From assembly GCF_006345805.1 (NCBI RefSeq), contig NC_043010.1, positions 22,382,001 to 22,446,000 on the forward strand: DNA of 64,000 bases, read 5' to 3'. The number at the start of each line of letters is the position of its first letter. Position 1 is the first letter of the stretch. Both the position numbers and the translations under genes were made by a program. Source of the stretch: Octopus sinensis. Its lineage: Eukaryota. This document shows, in pieces, positions 39,356 to 53,752 of the stretch. Below the pieces are notes generated by a model. The model had not been told where the DNA came from. It made no database searches and worked only from the letters and a program-made list of their open reading frames with translations.

Positions 39356-40164
39356 TGTGGAAGCCCGTTAGATGGGTCCAACTTCTAATTGTATGGCTTC
39401 ATTTCTTATGTACTTGAAAATCCATGTCAGTTTTATTTTAGTGGATCTATCATCAAGGACAATCCAGTTATGACCTTCTTAACCTATCTCAAGTACTGTG
39501 TAGTTCTGATATTTTTGTCAAGGAATTCTTTTTAGGGTACCAACGACAATGGTATTCTCGCCAATTTACAATATAAGAAACCGACACATCCATCTCACAT
39601 AGTCCGTGCCACACAGGTCACCTTAGAGTATAGGTGACTGTACAGAAGCAAACTATGTCCATATTATAACAGAAGGGATGTCGGATCAGACACACTTCTG
39701 TCACATGGGGCATGTCACACTGGTTCTACCTGAGGTTTTGGTTTGAAGCATCCTTGACTGGTTTCAGTCATTAGACCGCAGATAAGCCAGAGCATCGCAT
39801 TAAACACTATTAGTCGAACGAATCTTTTTCTGCCGGTCTCTTTCGCCGAACTAATAAGTTACAAGGACATAATCACCCCAACACCGGTTGTCAAGTGGTG
39901 GTGGGGGACAAAAACAGACTCAATGATACACACAACTCACCTTCGAAATGTGGAGTAGATAAAACAGGGGACAGCTAATGAAGAGAATGTTCTTTATGTT
40001 GCCTGTCTCGTTTCTATTGTTGTTCGAAAAATAGTTCGTTTTTCATACTTTTTTTATGTTCTCGTTTTTCGTTTTGTTCAGTTTTTTTTTGACGTCCTGT
40101 ACCCATATATGCGTGTATATATACATATATATGTAGGCATGTACATGCATGTGTGTAGATATGC

Positions 40165-40232
<68 letters not shown>

Positions 40233-42043
40233 TCGATTGGCTTCTTTCTATTTTCCCCTACGAAATCCACTCAAAAGTCTTTGGTCAGGCCACAGTATGA
40301 GACAAGATGCCATGGAGTGGGACTAAACCTAGAATCACGTGGTTGGGGTGGTAGTAGATACAGGAGTGTGCTAGTAGATACATTCAGCCCCTGTATTTGA
40401 TTGGTCCTTTATTTTATCGATCTCGAAATGATGAAAAGCAAATTTGAACTCGATGACATTTTGGCGCTTGAACTCAAAATGTAAAGTGCCGGATCAAATA
40501 CTACAAAACATTTTATCCGAAGCTCTAACGATTCTGCAAATCATTTCTCCTCATATTATAATCCTTTCTGCTAAATGCACAAGGCTAGAGATTTTGGGGT
40601 GAGGAATGCTAGGCGACCCAGAAATGTTAAAAGGGAAAGTTGACCTCGGTGATAGTTGAGCTTAGAACGTAAAACCCGAGGAAATGCCATAATGTAACTG
40701 GTCTGCAGGGCTAACGATTCTGCCACCTCGCTGCTTTGCCTTCATGCTATAATAAACGACAGATCGCACTTACAAAATCCCAGTTTTGTAACAAGAACAT
40801 ACAGTTACGCTGATTCAAAACTATGTATTCACTTTAAAGGTTTACATATATATTTGATAAGCTGAGTCACACAATCATTACAAAAGTAGATAATGTATAC
40901 AAAGTCCCAGCATTCACACACACACGCATGAGCACACACATACTGAACAGACACAGTGTCACGCTGCATTTTACTAATGATTACATTACAAGTACGCATG
41001 TCCGCAGAATGGTCACTTTTTTTACAACCAGAATGCGATGAATAGGTCATTCCATAGGTCGAATTAATGATATAACTCACCATTAATCGTTGTGAACCCC
41101 TACACGTATATTGAGTTAGGCACCAGCATTATGTTTCACACAACATAAAGGTGAGTAACACACACACACACACACACGTATGTATGTATGTTTGTATAAG
41201 CATGACAAATAGATTGTGTATATTGATGCTGAACACGTTCAAATATACACCACACCTACACAAAACTATATACGTGATCATGAATGTATTTTCAACATAC
41301 ATTCCTTCAAGGTAAGAGTTTTTCGCTTTTGTTATTTTTTTTTTTTTTGTTTTCAATCATTTGCTTGCTACGATTTTTTTATGTTACTGTTGTTTTGTTG
41401 TTTATTTCTCTCTCCCCCCGCACCTTCGCTTCTCCCGCTACTTTCTCTGCTTATTTCTATATGGATTTCGACACATCAAACACACAGAGCCACGCCTGTT
41501 TCACTTTAAAAGATCAAAGCTTGAAGTATTTCGATAGGCTGATTGGATTAGCTGAAAGAATCGATAGACCGCAACATACATATGTTTATTGATCGGACCT
41601 TTGGCCATATCAAATACTGTTTAGTTCACAGACCATTTTTATTCCTGCGAATTTCTTATTTCCTCTTTATACATTTTCTGTTACATACATACACATATAC
41701 AAAATACATACATACACACATACCAATATATTTATGTATGTGTGTGTGTGTATGTATATATGTGTATGTGGTTCTCTTTTACCAGTTTATGTGTTTTGTC
41801 TTTCTAATATTACGACAGCAAAACCATATTCCAATATGCCAGCCAATTGAAGACCTTCGGCTAGAAATTGTATGTTTATATTGATCTTTCATTCGATACC
41901 TGTTTGATATAGGCCTTCATTTGCATCTTGCATCACTCTGTATTCATTAATCGTTATGTCTGTGCGTGTATATATATATATAGTATCTGTGTATATATAT
42001 ATATATATATATAGTGTCTGTATACATATATATATATATAGTG

Positions 42044-42085
<42 letters not shown>

Positions 42086-42855
42086 CATATATATATATAT
42101 ATGCATGCATGTATGTCTGTCTGTATGTATATGTATGTATGTGTGTATATGTATATCGAGAGAAAGAGACAGACAGATAGACAGACAGACAAATAGATAG
42201 ATAATTTATACACGTATATGGAGGCGTGTGGCTTATATTTTAGGGGTATTGCATTAATGATCGTAAGATTGTGGTTTCGATTCCTGAACTAGGCGATGCG
42301 TTGTGTTCTTGAACAAAAGCAAAAAAAAAAAGAAAAGAAACAAACAACTCCATTTCACGTTCCTCTAGTCCCCTCAGCTGACAAAAGTCACCAATCCTGC
42401 GACGGGCTGGTATCCCACCTAGGTGTGTGGGGTACATTTACGCCACCGAATCAAGGAAACCGTTCTTATTAGCCTACAGCTGGGCAAGCTTCTTCGATCT
42501 TTTCCTTATATATGCTTGTAATGTACATATGTCTCAGTATATAAACGTGTGTGTGTGTTTGCTATTCATTTAGTGGTCTCAGTCATTCTGTTACAGTGGC
42601 CATTCTTCAGCTACGCAATATGTGATATGTCGTACACCAGAAATTATTTCCTTACGCCTCCGTAACAAGAAATGTGTTTCATTAGTTGATTAAACTCTGT
42701 TGACTTTGAAAAACTGCTCTAATGAGAAATTCATTTGCAATGTTTTTGAGGCACGAATTACCTTTGATCATGTAGATATATAAAGCGTTCCAGCGTTGAC
42801 CCTCTCGCATAATTTGCAGTCAATGTATATCTATCTATCTGTCTGTCTGTCTGTG

Positions 42856-45370
42856 TCATGGCACTCCCACATTCTTCTTCTTCTCCTCCCCTTCTCCATC
42901 TTCTTCTCCTCTTTCTCCCTCTCCTCCCCTTCTCCTTCTCCTCCCCTTCTCCTCATTCTCTTCCTCCGCCCTTCTCCTTCTCCCATTCTCCTTCTTCACT
43001 TCTTCCCCTCCTCTTTTAAGAGGGAATATTCTATATAACTCTAGTACTATCCATATTGTAAGACACAACATATTCTGAAAAAACCCAGCAATACAGTCAT
43101 CAGAAAATAATGAGAAACCTAAAATCCATGTTAAACCTATACAGAGAAGGGCTCACTGACAAAAGAATATGACTATATGACCAATTTCAAAAGTAAAACC
43201 AGTCAATTCTACGGTATTCCTAAGATACACAAAAGTGAGAAAATAAGTAACTCCTGCAAGATAGCTACAGACATAATAATTAAAGTCCCTAATCCTAATG
43301 ACCTCAAATTGAGACCTATAACTGCAGATCCCGCATGCAAAACCCACCGCCTCAGTATCTTTTTAGATACCCTCTTAAAACCATTCCTCAAGCATGTCAA
43401 AAGCTATATAAGGGACGACCTGGATTTGCCCAGTCACCTTCCTTGAGCAATAAACAAAGACACCCTACTATTATCCTTCGATGTAGTCAACCTCTATTCT
43501 AATATCCCCCACAACCTAGGAATAGAGGCAATTCAATTCTGGCTTGAGAATTACACTAACAAACTCCCACATCGCATCAAAAAAGAATTCGTGATAGAAG
43601 CGCTAAAATTCATCCTGGAAAATAACTACTTCGTCGTCTTCAAAGACAACTTCTACCGACAAAAATCGGAGACTGCAATGGGTACGAGAATGGCCCCCTC
43701 CTTTGCTAATCTAGTCATGAGATATCTAGAAATTAGTCTTTATCGTAAGGTTCCAGAAAAGTACGGCAGCCAATTCTCCCTCTACATAGAAAATAACTGG
43801 AAGAGATACCTGGATGTCTGTTTCACTCTTTGGCATGAAAATATAGAGAAACTTAAAGAATTCCAAGCAGTTATAAATGGACTTGACGTAAGCATTCAAT
43901 TCATGAAGGAATATAGCCACCAACAACATCCCTTCCTCGACATCCTCATTAAGAAATCTAACAACGCAATAAAAACAGATATATACTATAAGCCCACGGA
44001 CTCCTAGCAATATCTACCGTTCAGCTCATGCCACCCCAGACACACAAGAATGAATATCCCTTCAACCTAGCAAAAAGAATATGTACTATAGTTTCTAATG
44101 CAAACACCAGAGACACACGATTACATGAACTAAAGGATACACTCATCACCAGGAACTACCCATCTTCACTTATTGACATATGCTTTCAACGTGCCCTTCA
44201 ACTCAACATCCAGGAGCTCAGACATCCCAAATTAAAGGATTTACAACCAAAAGCCCTACCATACATTTCTACACATAACCCTCTCAACAATGAAGCCTTC
44301 GACACCACCCTCCAATATATTCCCATGCTAAAAAAGACCACATAATTAACTTAATCCTCCAAACATACCCATCATAAAAAGCAAGAGACCGCCCAAATCT
44401 ATGAAAAGTCTCCTAACACAAGCCAGAATACGCTCAACAACACAGAAGCGGTCAGTAAAAAAAATGCGGAAGACACAACTGTGGGATATGCGTCAATTTA
44501 ATTGAGGGATCAGAGTTCTCTTTCAAACAGGGACAACGTTTCACAATAAAAAGCAACTTCACATGTGCTTCGGAGAAACTGATATACGCACTAACCTGCT
44601 CTGAGTGTCAAAAGCAATACACAGGCTAAACAAAAAACAGTCTACGTAAAGAATGGCTCTGCACAGATCCGAGATCAAAATTCCCCAAAACAGAAAGATA
44701 GCATGCCGCTAACACAGACATTTTCGCCAATATTAAAAACCCAAGATTCAGAATTTTTACCCTCTACCAATTCAGGGACGATACAACTTGGAGCCAACGA
44801 ATTAGTAAACAGACTCACTTTATTACAAAATACAGACCACTTTTGAACGTGTCTGCAATAAACGACTTATCCACCACGGCCTTAGAATAACACACACACG
44901 AAAATATTAAAAACAATGCACTCAAGAGTATCCGAAGAATTCATTAAAAAACAGTCTCAATCACTGCTATAATCCATAACGAGCCAATTTTAGGTCACTT
45001 GACCATTTAATCCCTTACTACTACCATACTGCCTACATTCCTTTTTATTCTCCCTTCTCTTTCTTCGTCTTCTTCCTCTCCGCCACCTCTTTCCCAACTT
45101 TACCACTATTGCTGTTTAGAATAACACCTACGCAAATTTTATAAACAAAACATTCAAAAGAGATGTTTCAGGAATTCAATCACTACTACCATCGACAACG
45201 GGTCACTTTCAGGGTACTTAACATACTACTATCATGGCACTCCTACATTCTTCTTTTTCCTCTCCTTCTTCTTCTTTTCTTCTTCTTCTTCTTCTTCTTC
45301 TTCTTCTTCTTCTTCTTCTTCTTCTTCTTCTTCTTCTTCTTCTCCTTCTTCTTCTTCTTCTTCTTCTTCT

Positions 45371-45400
<30 letters not shown>
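42856..45400 (+). mobile_element. Penelope-like element (RT plus GIY-YIG), frameshifted, with partial terminal direct repeats
   Basis: FYGIPKIHK, LRPI, SFDVVNLYSNIP, TAMGTRMAPSFANL, KRYLDVCF, FLDILI, YYKPTDS and LIYALTCSECQKQYTG. TCATGGCACTCC.ACATTCTTCTT occurs at 42856 and 45232. Confidence 0.88.
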
Positions 45401-45433
<33 letters not shown>

Positions 45434-45481
45434 CAGAGAGACAGAGAGACAGACAGACACACAAACACACACACACACACA

Positions 45482-45517
<36 letters not shown>

Positions 45518-45545
45518 ACACACACACACCACACCACACACACAC

Positions 45546-45600
<55 letters not shown>

Positions 45601-45604
<4 letters not shown>

Positions 45605-45741
45605 TAAGCAATAAGGGTTTAGCAACGAGTTGCCTTACCACATACCGAATTTAGAAATAGCAGTCAAAGGGTTATAGCTATTCTTCTACTAAAAAGGGTA
45701 TGTGGTAAGGCACTCGTTGCTAAACCCTTATTGCTTAGTAT
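45601..45741. repeat. Near-perfect 45-bp inverted repeat (hairpin)
   Basis: 45601-45646 versus 45697-45741, with one indel and a 50-nt loop. Confidence 0.9.
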
Positions 45742-45854
45742 TACTTAAATTTTCCTCGAATGAGGCTTTTACATGCCGAAGACTACTTGGTGTAATTGAT
45801 AATTTTTCCAAATTAATTAATTTCACCCTTCATTATATATATATATATATATAT

Positions 45855-46110
45855 GGTGAAGGCGCATGGCGTAGTGGTTAGGGTATTTGACTCATAACCG
45901 CAAGGTCGTGAGTTCAGTTGCTGGCGACGTGTTGTGTCCTTGGGCAAGATATTTTCAAAAGGCCAGCCTTGTCACACTCTGTTTCACGCTGAATCCCACT
46001 CAACACTACGTTAAAGATACACGTGTATGTGGTGTGCTCAGCGACTTGCTCGTTAATTTCACGAGTAGGCTGTTCCGTTCAATTAGAACCCTCGTGGTTA
46101 TAGGCGATAG
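45855..46110 (+). mobile_element. SINE family D copy
   Basis: TGGCGTAGTGG A box and GTGAGTTCAGTTGC B-box-like motif; the body matches 30590-30908. Confidence 0.75.
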
Positions 46111-46117
46111 AATGCCA

Positions 46118-46156
<39 letters not shown>

Positions 46157-46584
46157 CAGAGACCGTAATACGTGTTTCTCCTTCCCACTTATCGCACCAA
46201 CCTAACGCTTCAAATAAAAGAAGTCGCCATCATTACAATATTTTCAGATTTGAAAAGCATCAGCGGCTCTACTTTGGTCTTTGACCTTCGGAAAGTGCAT
46301 TACGAGAGGTTGATATTAAGTTGACAGCCCTCTACCCACGCTCATTGAAGATGACAGGGACATCATTTTCCTCTTCCTCACGTGAGATATATTTGAATTT
46401 AATTTTGGGTACTCGACGCCTCGTATATCACGTCAATGATAAATATACATCTTAGAAATGTACTTCTCTAGGTATTTTAACCAACCCCCACACTATTGAA
46501 GAACATGACCACCACCTACATTCCACTTTCCTTTACCTGCTCTTTTGTATTATACTCTACACATCTTACAGACTTACTCTTTAC

Positions 46585-47075
<491 letters not shown>

Positions 47076-47742
47076 CCTCAATTTTCTTTTTGTTTTTTTG
47101 GGTTTTTTTTCGATATCTGACCGTGCGTTTTGTCCTTGCGCACGACTCCGTATTTCACGTTGCTCCACTCAACTCAGCTAGCAAAAATGAGTCGAACCAG
47201 TATTTCAAGAGGTCAGCCTTGTCATATTCTGCGTCACCCTGAGTATCCCTTAGAAGTAACTTAATGCTATGTGTATCTGTGGAGCGATCAGCCACTTGCA
47301 CATTAACTTCTCGAGACGGTTGTTCCGTGGATCGGATCAGCTGTTTTTTTTCTTCTTTCTGTTGATTTCTTGTAATGTTATTCAAATTTTACATTGGTTT
47401 CTAATTTTAGCACAAAATCCAGAATTTGTATCGGAGGTGGGGAGTAAGGGTCTTGGGGTCAGTAGTCGATACCATCGATCGCGTTACGTCACTTTTACTT
47501 AATTCTATCAATCTTGAAAGGATAGAAAGCAAATTTTGAACTCTGAAGGCACAAGATCAGCACTTTTTTGTGGGCGTGGAGATGTATAGGTGATTACATC
47601 TGACTAAACCAGAACTAAATGATACTTGATCTTAGCGGCCCCGAAATGCTGAAGTGTGTAGTTGACCGCAGCGGGATTTGAATTTCAAACGGAAAGATCA
47701 GGAAAAGATATTGTAATCTATTTTTTCATCGAAACTCTAACG

Positions 47743-48346
47743 CAGTGGTTCACAACCGGAGTCCAGACGACCCTTGAGCGTCCATATAAGGTTTTGTTGT
47801 TAAAATCTATGAGCAATATACTGGTTATCGATGAGCTTACTTTCAAAACCAGATCTATCCATCAGAATGGCTTTTAAGTAATTATTTAAAACAACTTGGA
47901 TATATCTAATTTCACATGCGTGAGGCCAACAGCTTGCAGATTGTGGTTAAATGTTTATCATGAAATCGAACAAATATGATCTTATACCAGTTTTGAAATT
48001 AAGCTTCTCATATACTTCTACAGTACTCAAAATATATCAACAGTTTTTTATACAATTTTTAATAATATTTAATTACAAAAGTATAATAGGAAATTTTAAA
48101 CATTTAAATGGGTTTGAAGATCCACTTGAGTAAAATAAATATTTCAGCTTTTCGCGGCCGCTAAGATAAAGTATTATTTAGTTCTGATTTAGTAGGATGT
48201 AATTGCCTACACCTCTCTCCGCCACAAAAAAATGCTGATCTTGTGCTTTCTGAGTTCAAAACCTGCTGAGGTCAAATTTGCTTTCTATCCTTTCAAGATC
48301 AATAGAATTAAGTAAAAATAACCCCAAAAATGGTTGAGAATCACTC
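47743..48346. mobile_element. hAT-like non-autonomous element with a SINE-B insertion
   Basis: CAGTGGTTCACAACC at 47743 and GGTTGAGAATCACT near 48332-48345. A SINE B core lies at about 48150-48310. Confidence 0.5.
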
Positions 48347-49669
48347 CTGTAACGATTCCACGAAGTTCTTCTTTAGATGAAGTTATCTGTTTTTGAATGC
48401 GAAAGCGCTGCCCAAATGAACAGCATTATCCCGTGTACGGTGATGGTGATGCTGGTGACAAGGAGGTTATTTTTGACGGTGGAGGGAAGTATGGTGGATG
48501 CTCCCGTTTTCTTATATTTCAGTGCTATTTGTGCTATTTGCTGAGAGAAGCAATGAGGATATTGATGCTGTTGTTATTGCTGCTGCTGTTGAGCACGTTG
48601 TTGTTGCTGTTGTTTTATTGTTGTTGCCCTCATGACAATGGAGGCGTTTGTTTTGCTTTTTCCTTAATATTTCTCTGAGCTTTGACCTCGATGAGACGGG
48701 CTTTCGTTTCTAAATATTAAGGAGAGATATGATTTATTACGGATTAACATTTTTATTATCGTTATTAAGACATATTTGTCTTGTCTTGAGAGGGTCATCA
48801 TGCTAAAAACACTGGTTTTCATTCACATTTTTGTAAACATTTGTCAATTAATTAACCATTTAATCAATTAACTGATCGATTTTTTAATTGTTCGGTCAGT
48901 TAATGAACAAGCTAGCCTCATCAGACTTCTTCCGTCGCCATTCACAACCTAGTTAATGATATGTCGTCTCTCCAGATACAACAAAATTTGTTTCCACACA
49001 CGATATCATATCAACAGTCTTGTAAAAATCTATACGTAGTTTTCAAAGTCGTTCTCTTCCTAAACTGCACCTTCAGAGCGATCCGAATGAAATTCATAGC
49101 ATATCAAGAATAACAGACATCAGAAAAATACAAATAAAAGCAGAACATTAGTCACGTAAACGATCTCTATAAACTTGCAACACTTCCATAATTTCCGAAC
49201 TAACTGTAGAATTTTCCCGAATAGTCCAAGTATCTATAAATCAACGATCTGTTCGACCCAACATCCTCAGAGTTATTAATGCTATACGTCTTGGCCAATT
49301 TATCATGGCACAGACGTAGTTTGTAAATAACAATTTATATTTCTTCACAACATCAATTAACACAAACTCTAAGAACTTTTAGCATACATTAAACTAAATT
49401 CGCCAATGCAAAAAAAGAAAAAAACTATTCTTTTTGTTCATTGAATTCAAACTCAGAATTCTTTTATTTTTGTTTTCTTTTCTCCACTTTGCTCATTCAT
49501 TCCCTCATTCAATCATTCATTCATTCATTCATTCACTTATTCGCTCATTTATTTTAACTATTTGATTTGCCTCAATACACTTCTAATGTAAATACATGTC
49601 CGAGAGAACTTAATTTCGAAGATGATATACAATCAATTTCTCGACAAAATTTATGCTTTTTGTTTCTTT

Positions 49670-49734
<65 letters not shown>

Positions 49735-50114
49735 TAATCCCATCTCTCTCCCTCTCTTTTTCTCTCTCTTTCATATGTGATTGATATGTTTTAGCTGTTG
49801 TGATATATCTATTTTTATTCTATTTTTTCCTCATTTAATTTGTTTCATCACTTCTAGTATTCCATTAAACTAACAGCTTAATCGAACATAGTTTTTTCTA
49901 TTTTCTTTTCTTATTTTCGCTGCTGGTCCTTCAGTAAATTTCATCATCAGCCAACAATATCTTACTATCAAGAGATAACAAACCCATTACCACAGACTGT
50001 ATATAAATACTATAGCTGTGAGCCATATCATCTCTCCTCTATCTTCTATCTTCCTTGTCTCATTCTCTCTCTCTCACTCTATATATAGATAAGTATATAA
50101 AGAAATATAAAAAA

Positions 50115-50149
<35 letters not shown>

Positions 50150-50153
<4 letters not shown>

Positions 50154-51110
50154 AAAAGGTAAGTTGGCCTCTCGTAATTAGGCCTTTACTGATCAACTCA
50201 GATCACTTGGTGTTAATAACGTGAAGGCCATACTAGCACTTTTCTTTACAGATGCAGGCAAGATATTGTCGCTATTTGGCAGCAGATTGCAGTACAGAGT
50301 ATTCACCGACATCAGTTCATTGTATTGGGTTGCACGCATGGTTGTGTGGGATGCTGGTAAGAGTCTGTAGCTCAATCATCTTTCAGTGGAATGCTAACAT
50401 GTTTTCGATAGCAGTCTTTACTTGGGAGGAACCAAAGTTGATGAGGTTAGGTTAGAATTGAGGCCGTATGATCGACATAGTTGGTGTTGTAGTCTATGCG
50501 GGCAGTAGGATTAAATACCCTGCTCTTGTGTGTGTGGAGCAACCAGATTTAGAGTAGTAGGTCTGGATTATCAGCTGTAAGTGGCTTGAAGTTTATTAAC
50601 AGAGTGTACCTTTAGTGGCAACAATAAGGTAGTTCATTATTCCTGTTGATAAATCCTGCAGGTTGGTGTAGTATGTGCAATTGCGTGAGTAAGTAGTGGT
50701 CCATTCAATGATAATCCGTTTGATTTTCGAAAGTTCATGTGTTGTGTACACTTCTTAAAAGTCATTAGCTGTCATGCTTATGTGGTGCATTGTAATGCCA
50801 TGGTTGGTGTAATGGTGACTCTATAGACTACTGCCTTTGAAAGACAGGATTCTCTCAAAAGGAAGTGGGTGGGAAGTCAGCAATAACAAGTTGTTGTGGA
50901 TAGGAGGCAGTGGACAGGAAGCAGTGGACAGGAGGCAGTGGACAGGAAGTTGTGTAGTCGCGTGTTTGCGTCCGTTGTAGCGTGCGATGCTTGAGGTCAT
51001 ATTGTCAAAGTAGGAGTAACTGACCGTAACACTGTGGCGATCGAATAGTTTGTAAATGCTATGGGTCCTCGGGAAATGTTTTACTTTTTGCTTAATGTCA
51101 GGAAGCTCCT
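50150..51110 (-). pseudogene. Decayed Penelope-like GIY-YIG C-terminus and 3' region
   Basis: KHFPRTHSIYKLFDRHSVTVSYS and CLSKAVVYRVTIT. A 14-bp tandem unit (x3) lies at 50903-50949. Confidence 0.65.
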
Positions 51111-51379
51111 AGCTATGTTAGTTGAAACTTCTATGATTCGCCGATAAGTTAGTACATATGAAGAAAAATCCACCCTACGAACTCGAAGAGAGAAAGGAAA
51201 AGATAACGTAGTTCAATCTTCTGCCCGTTACGTACTGAGTTCGGATTCCACCGAGGGTGACTCTGATATTTATAGCTCTGGGATCTACAAAAAGAAAATA
51301 CCAGACTCGTATACAAGTCAATGGAATAGACAAATTCAATTCCTCGTAAATTTGCTGGCCTTGTACTTAAATAAGAAAC

Positions 51380-51440
<61 letters not shown>

Positions 51441-52583
51441 GAGTTGATGTGAAAAAAAAGTATTTCAGCAAAACAATGGAAGGTTTAACAGTCTTTCCAT
51501 TTTCCCTTAGTTCTTTCACTTATATGTTTTTTCTTTTACTTGATTTCTTTCTATTTCTTGATTTCTTTTTTATTTTCTATTCGAATTGACATAAAACTAA
51601 TAACCTTTTATATTCCTCTCTGACGTGATAAAATTATCCACAGTCACGTAAAGAAAGACAACAATATATTTCTTTTTCCTCCCTATCAACTAGAAATGAT
51701 ATTTCTGTCACTCTATGTCAACTTGTTAAGGAAATAAAAAAGAAAAAATATATAAATGATTGTCTCTTCCTCTCCATTTTCTTTTTATTTATTTGTATAT
51801 TTTTCATTTTTTTATTTATCATTTATTTTTGTCTTATTTCTTATTGGCCTTTGTCCAACGTTAGTACACCAATCTTCGTCCCTCACTTCCTCAGTCACTG
51901 AAGGATTGGAAATAAAGCGTTGGTTACATCATTACCGGATGAGAAGTAGTGTTTCCGTTAATCTTTTCTTGCAAAATAGTCTTTAACATTAGAAGAATTA
52001 ATGGAAGGGCGATCCACTGTGATTCCTTTAGTTTTTCGTTTGCTTACAAACATTGGCCGGAGGCGATGCTGGAGTATCTTTTCAAGAGATTTTGTAACAC
52101 CAATGTTGATCATATTTCCACTTTCTTCTTCTGCTTCGCATTTATTTTCCTCTGATTATCCTTGCGCTAAATTACGAGGCATAGGGACAACCCAACAAAC
52201 AACATTGGTGTTTTGACCGGGGTAAACAGAAGCACAGGAGCACCCACGCACATACGCATACATACACACACACAGAATCGTGCACACAAGCCGCCACGAA
52301 CACACACATACCAATACATATATTCATATACTACAGGAGCTAAGCTTGGGGAGAGGGTTGGTCGATTACATCAACCCCAATGCTCAACTAACACTTATTT
52401 TATCGACCCCGAAAGAATGGAAAGAAAAGTCGAACTCGGCAGCATTTCAACTCAGAACATAAAGCTGAAAGCTACTTTCCTAAGAATTTTGTCCGAAGTG
52501 CAAACGATTTTGCCAGCTCACACACGCATACATGTGTGTGTGTGTATGTATGTGTATGTATATATGTACACATCCTACAGTGG

Positions 52584-52755
52584 TTTATTACCCCCGCCTT
52601 AGCGAAGGCGGGGGTATTGTTTTCAGTCGGGCTTGCTTGTTTGTCTGTGGACAAGATATCTCAAGAACCGCTTGAGGGATTCGAATAAAACTTTCAGGGA
52701 GAATTGGTCTTGTAACTGGCATGAACTTATTAGATTTTGGGATCGATTTGGTACC
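52584..52755 (+). mobile_element. 5' part of a HINE/Helentron-like element
   Basis: TTATTA followed by a perfect hairpin CCCCCGCCTT-AGCG-AAGGCGGGGG (52591-52614), a GTTT/GTCT microsatellite, and homology to 1-80. Confidence 0.65.
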
Positions 52756-53344
52756 ACTATGTCCGACGTCGTCAAACTTTGTTACTGTGTATTCACCATT
52801 CCATTTGGTTTATTGTTGTTGGATTGGTATTGCCATACCTTCACTGCTAGTCTTTCATTAATTGTTTACTCTGTTTACAATTCAGACGATATGGATTTGT
52901 TCTGATGTCTGCAAGTTGACAATACCATCTTTTCGGAGAGCACACAGCCGCAGTGTCCACCACAGACTAAATTCTAGCCTTGTTGTTTTGCTGTGCTGTA
53001 CTGTGCCTCCGCCACACCGGTACACCAATGGGAGTTCGAGTCTTTATGTTTCAGTGCATGCACTCTAGCTTGATCAATGCAAAGTTCATGGTTTCGTGTC
53101 GAAGAAATAGTCGACGGCAATTATCGCCATTTGCATATTGCTTGCGATTTCTCTGCTATATCATCGCTTCGAAGCTGCTAAGAAGTTTATTTTCTGGTCT
53201 ATTGCTTTGCAAAACAACTTTTTGCTAAACATAATAGATACTTCTCTGAATTTCTTTCATACTGAAACTCATCCCTCTGATACTGAGGAAAGCTCTGGTC
53301 AATTAGTACAAATGGTATACTAATCATATCTCGGAATTCTTTCC

Positions 53345-53692
53345 ACGCCGATGACCACGATGATGTTGGATGATAACTGAACAACTATGCTGCGCTGAAG
53401 TGGGAAATACGCAGGATGTGGGAAATGAAGGGAGTGAACGTGATACCAATACTAATTGGCGCGCTTGGCAGTATGCGCACTCAACAACCAGCCTGGTTCA
53501 AAGAGACTGGTACAAATGTTAAGGTAGAAAACCTCCAAAAATCATTATTGCCTGGAACTGCAAGAGTTCGACGCAAGGTTTTTTAAACATGTCAGTACAC
53601 AAGGGTCACCTTAGTGTGCTTGCTGTGGACAACTAACACTTTCCATCATACTCAGCAAAATAAGCAGTGAGTTTTCATGAAGAAGTAATAAA

Positions 53693-53695
<3 letters not shown>
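53345..53695 (+). pseudogene. R4/Dong-like 3' end (same subfamily as 9.5 kb) ending in (TAA)n
   Basis: LKWEIRRMW..VIPILIGALG..LQKSLLPGTARVRRKV*. Confidence 0.8.
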
Positions 53696-53750
<55 letters not shown>

Positions 53751-53752
<2 letters not shown>

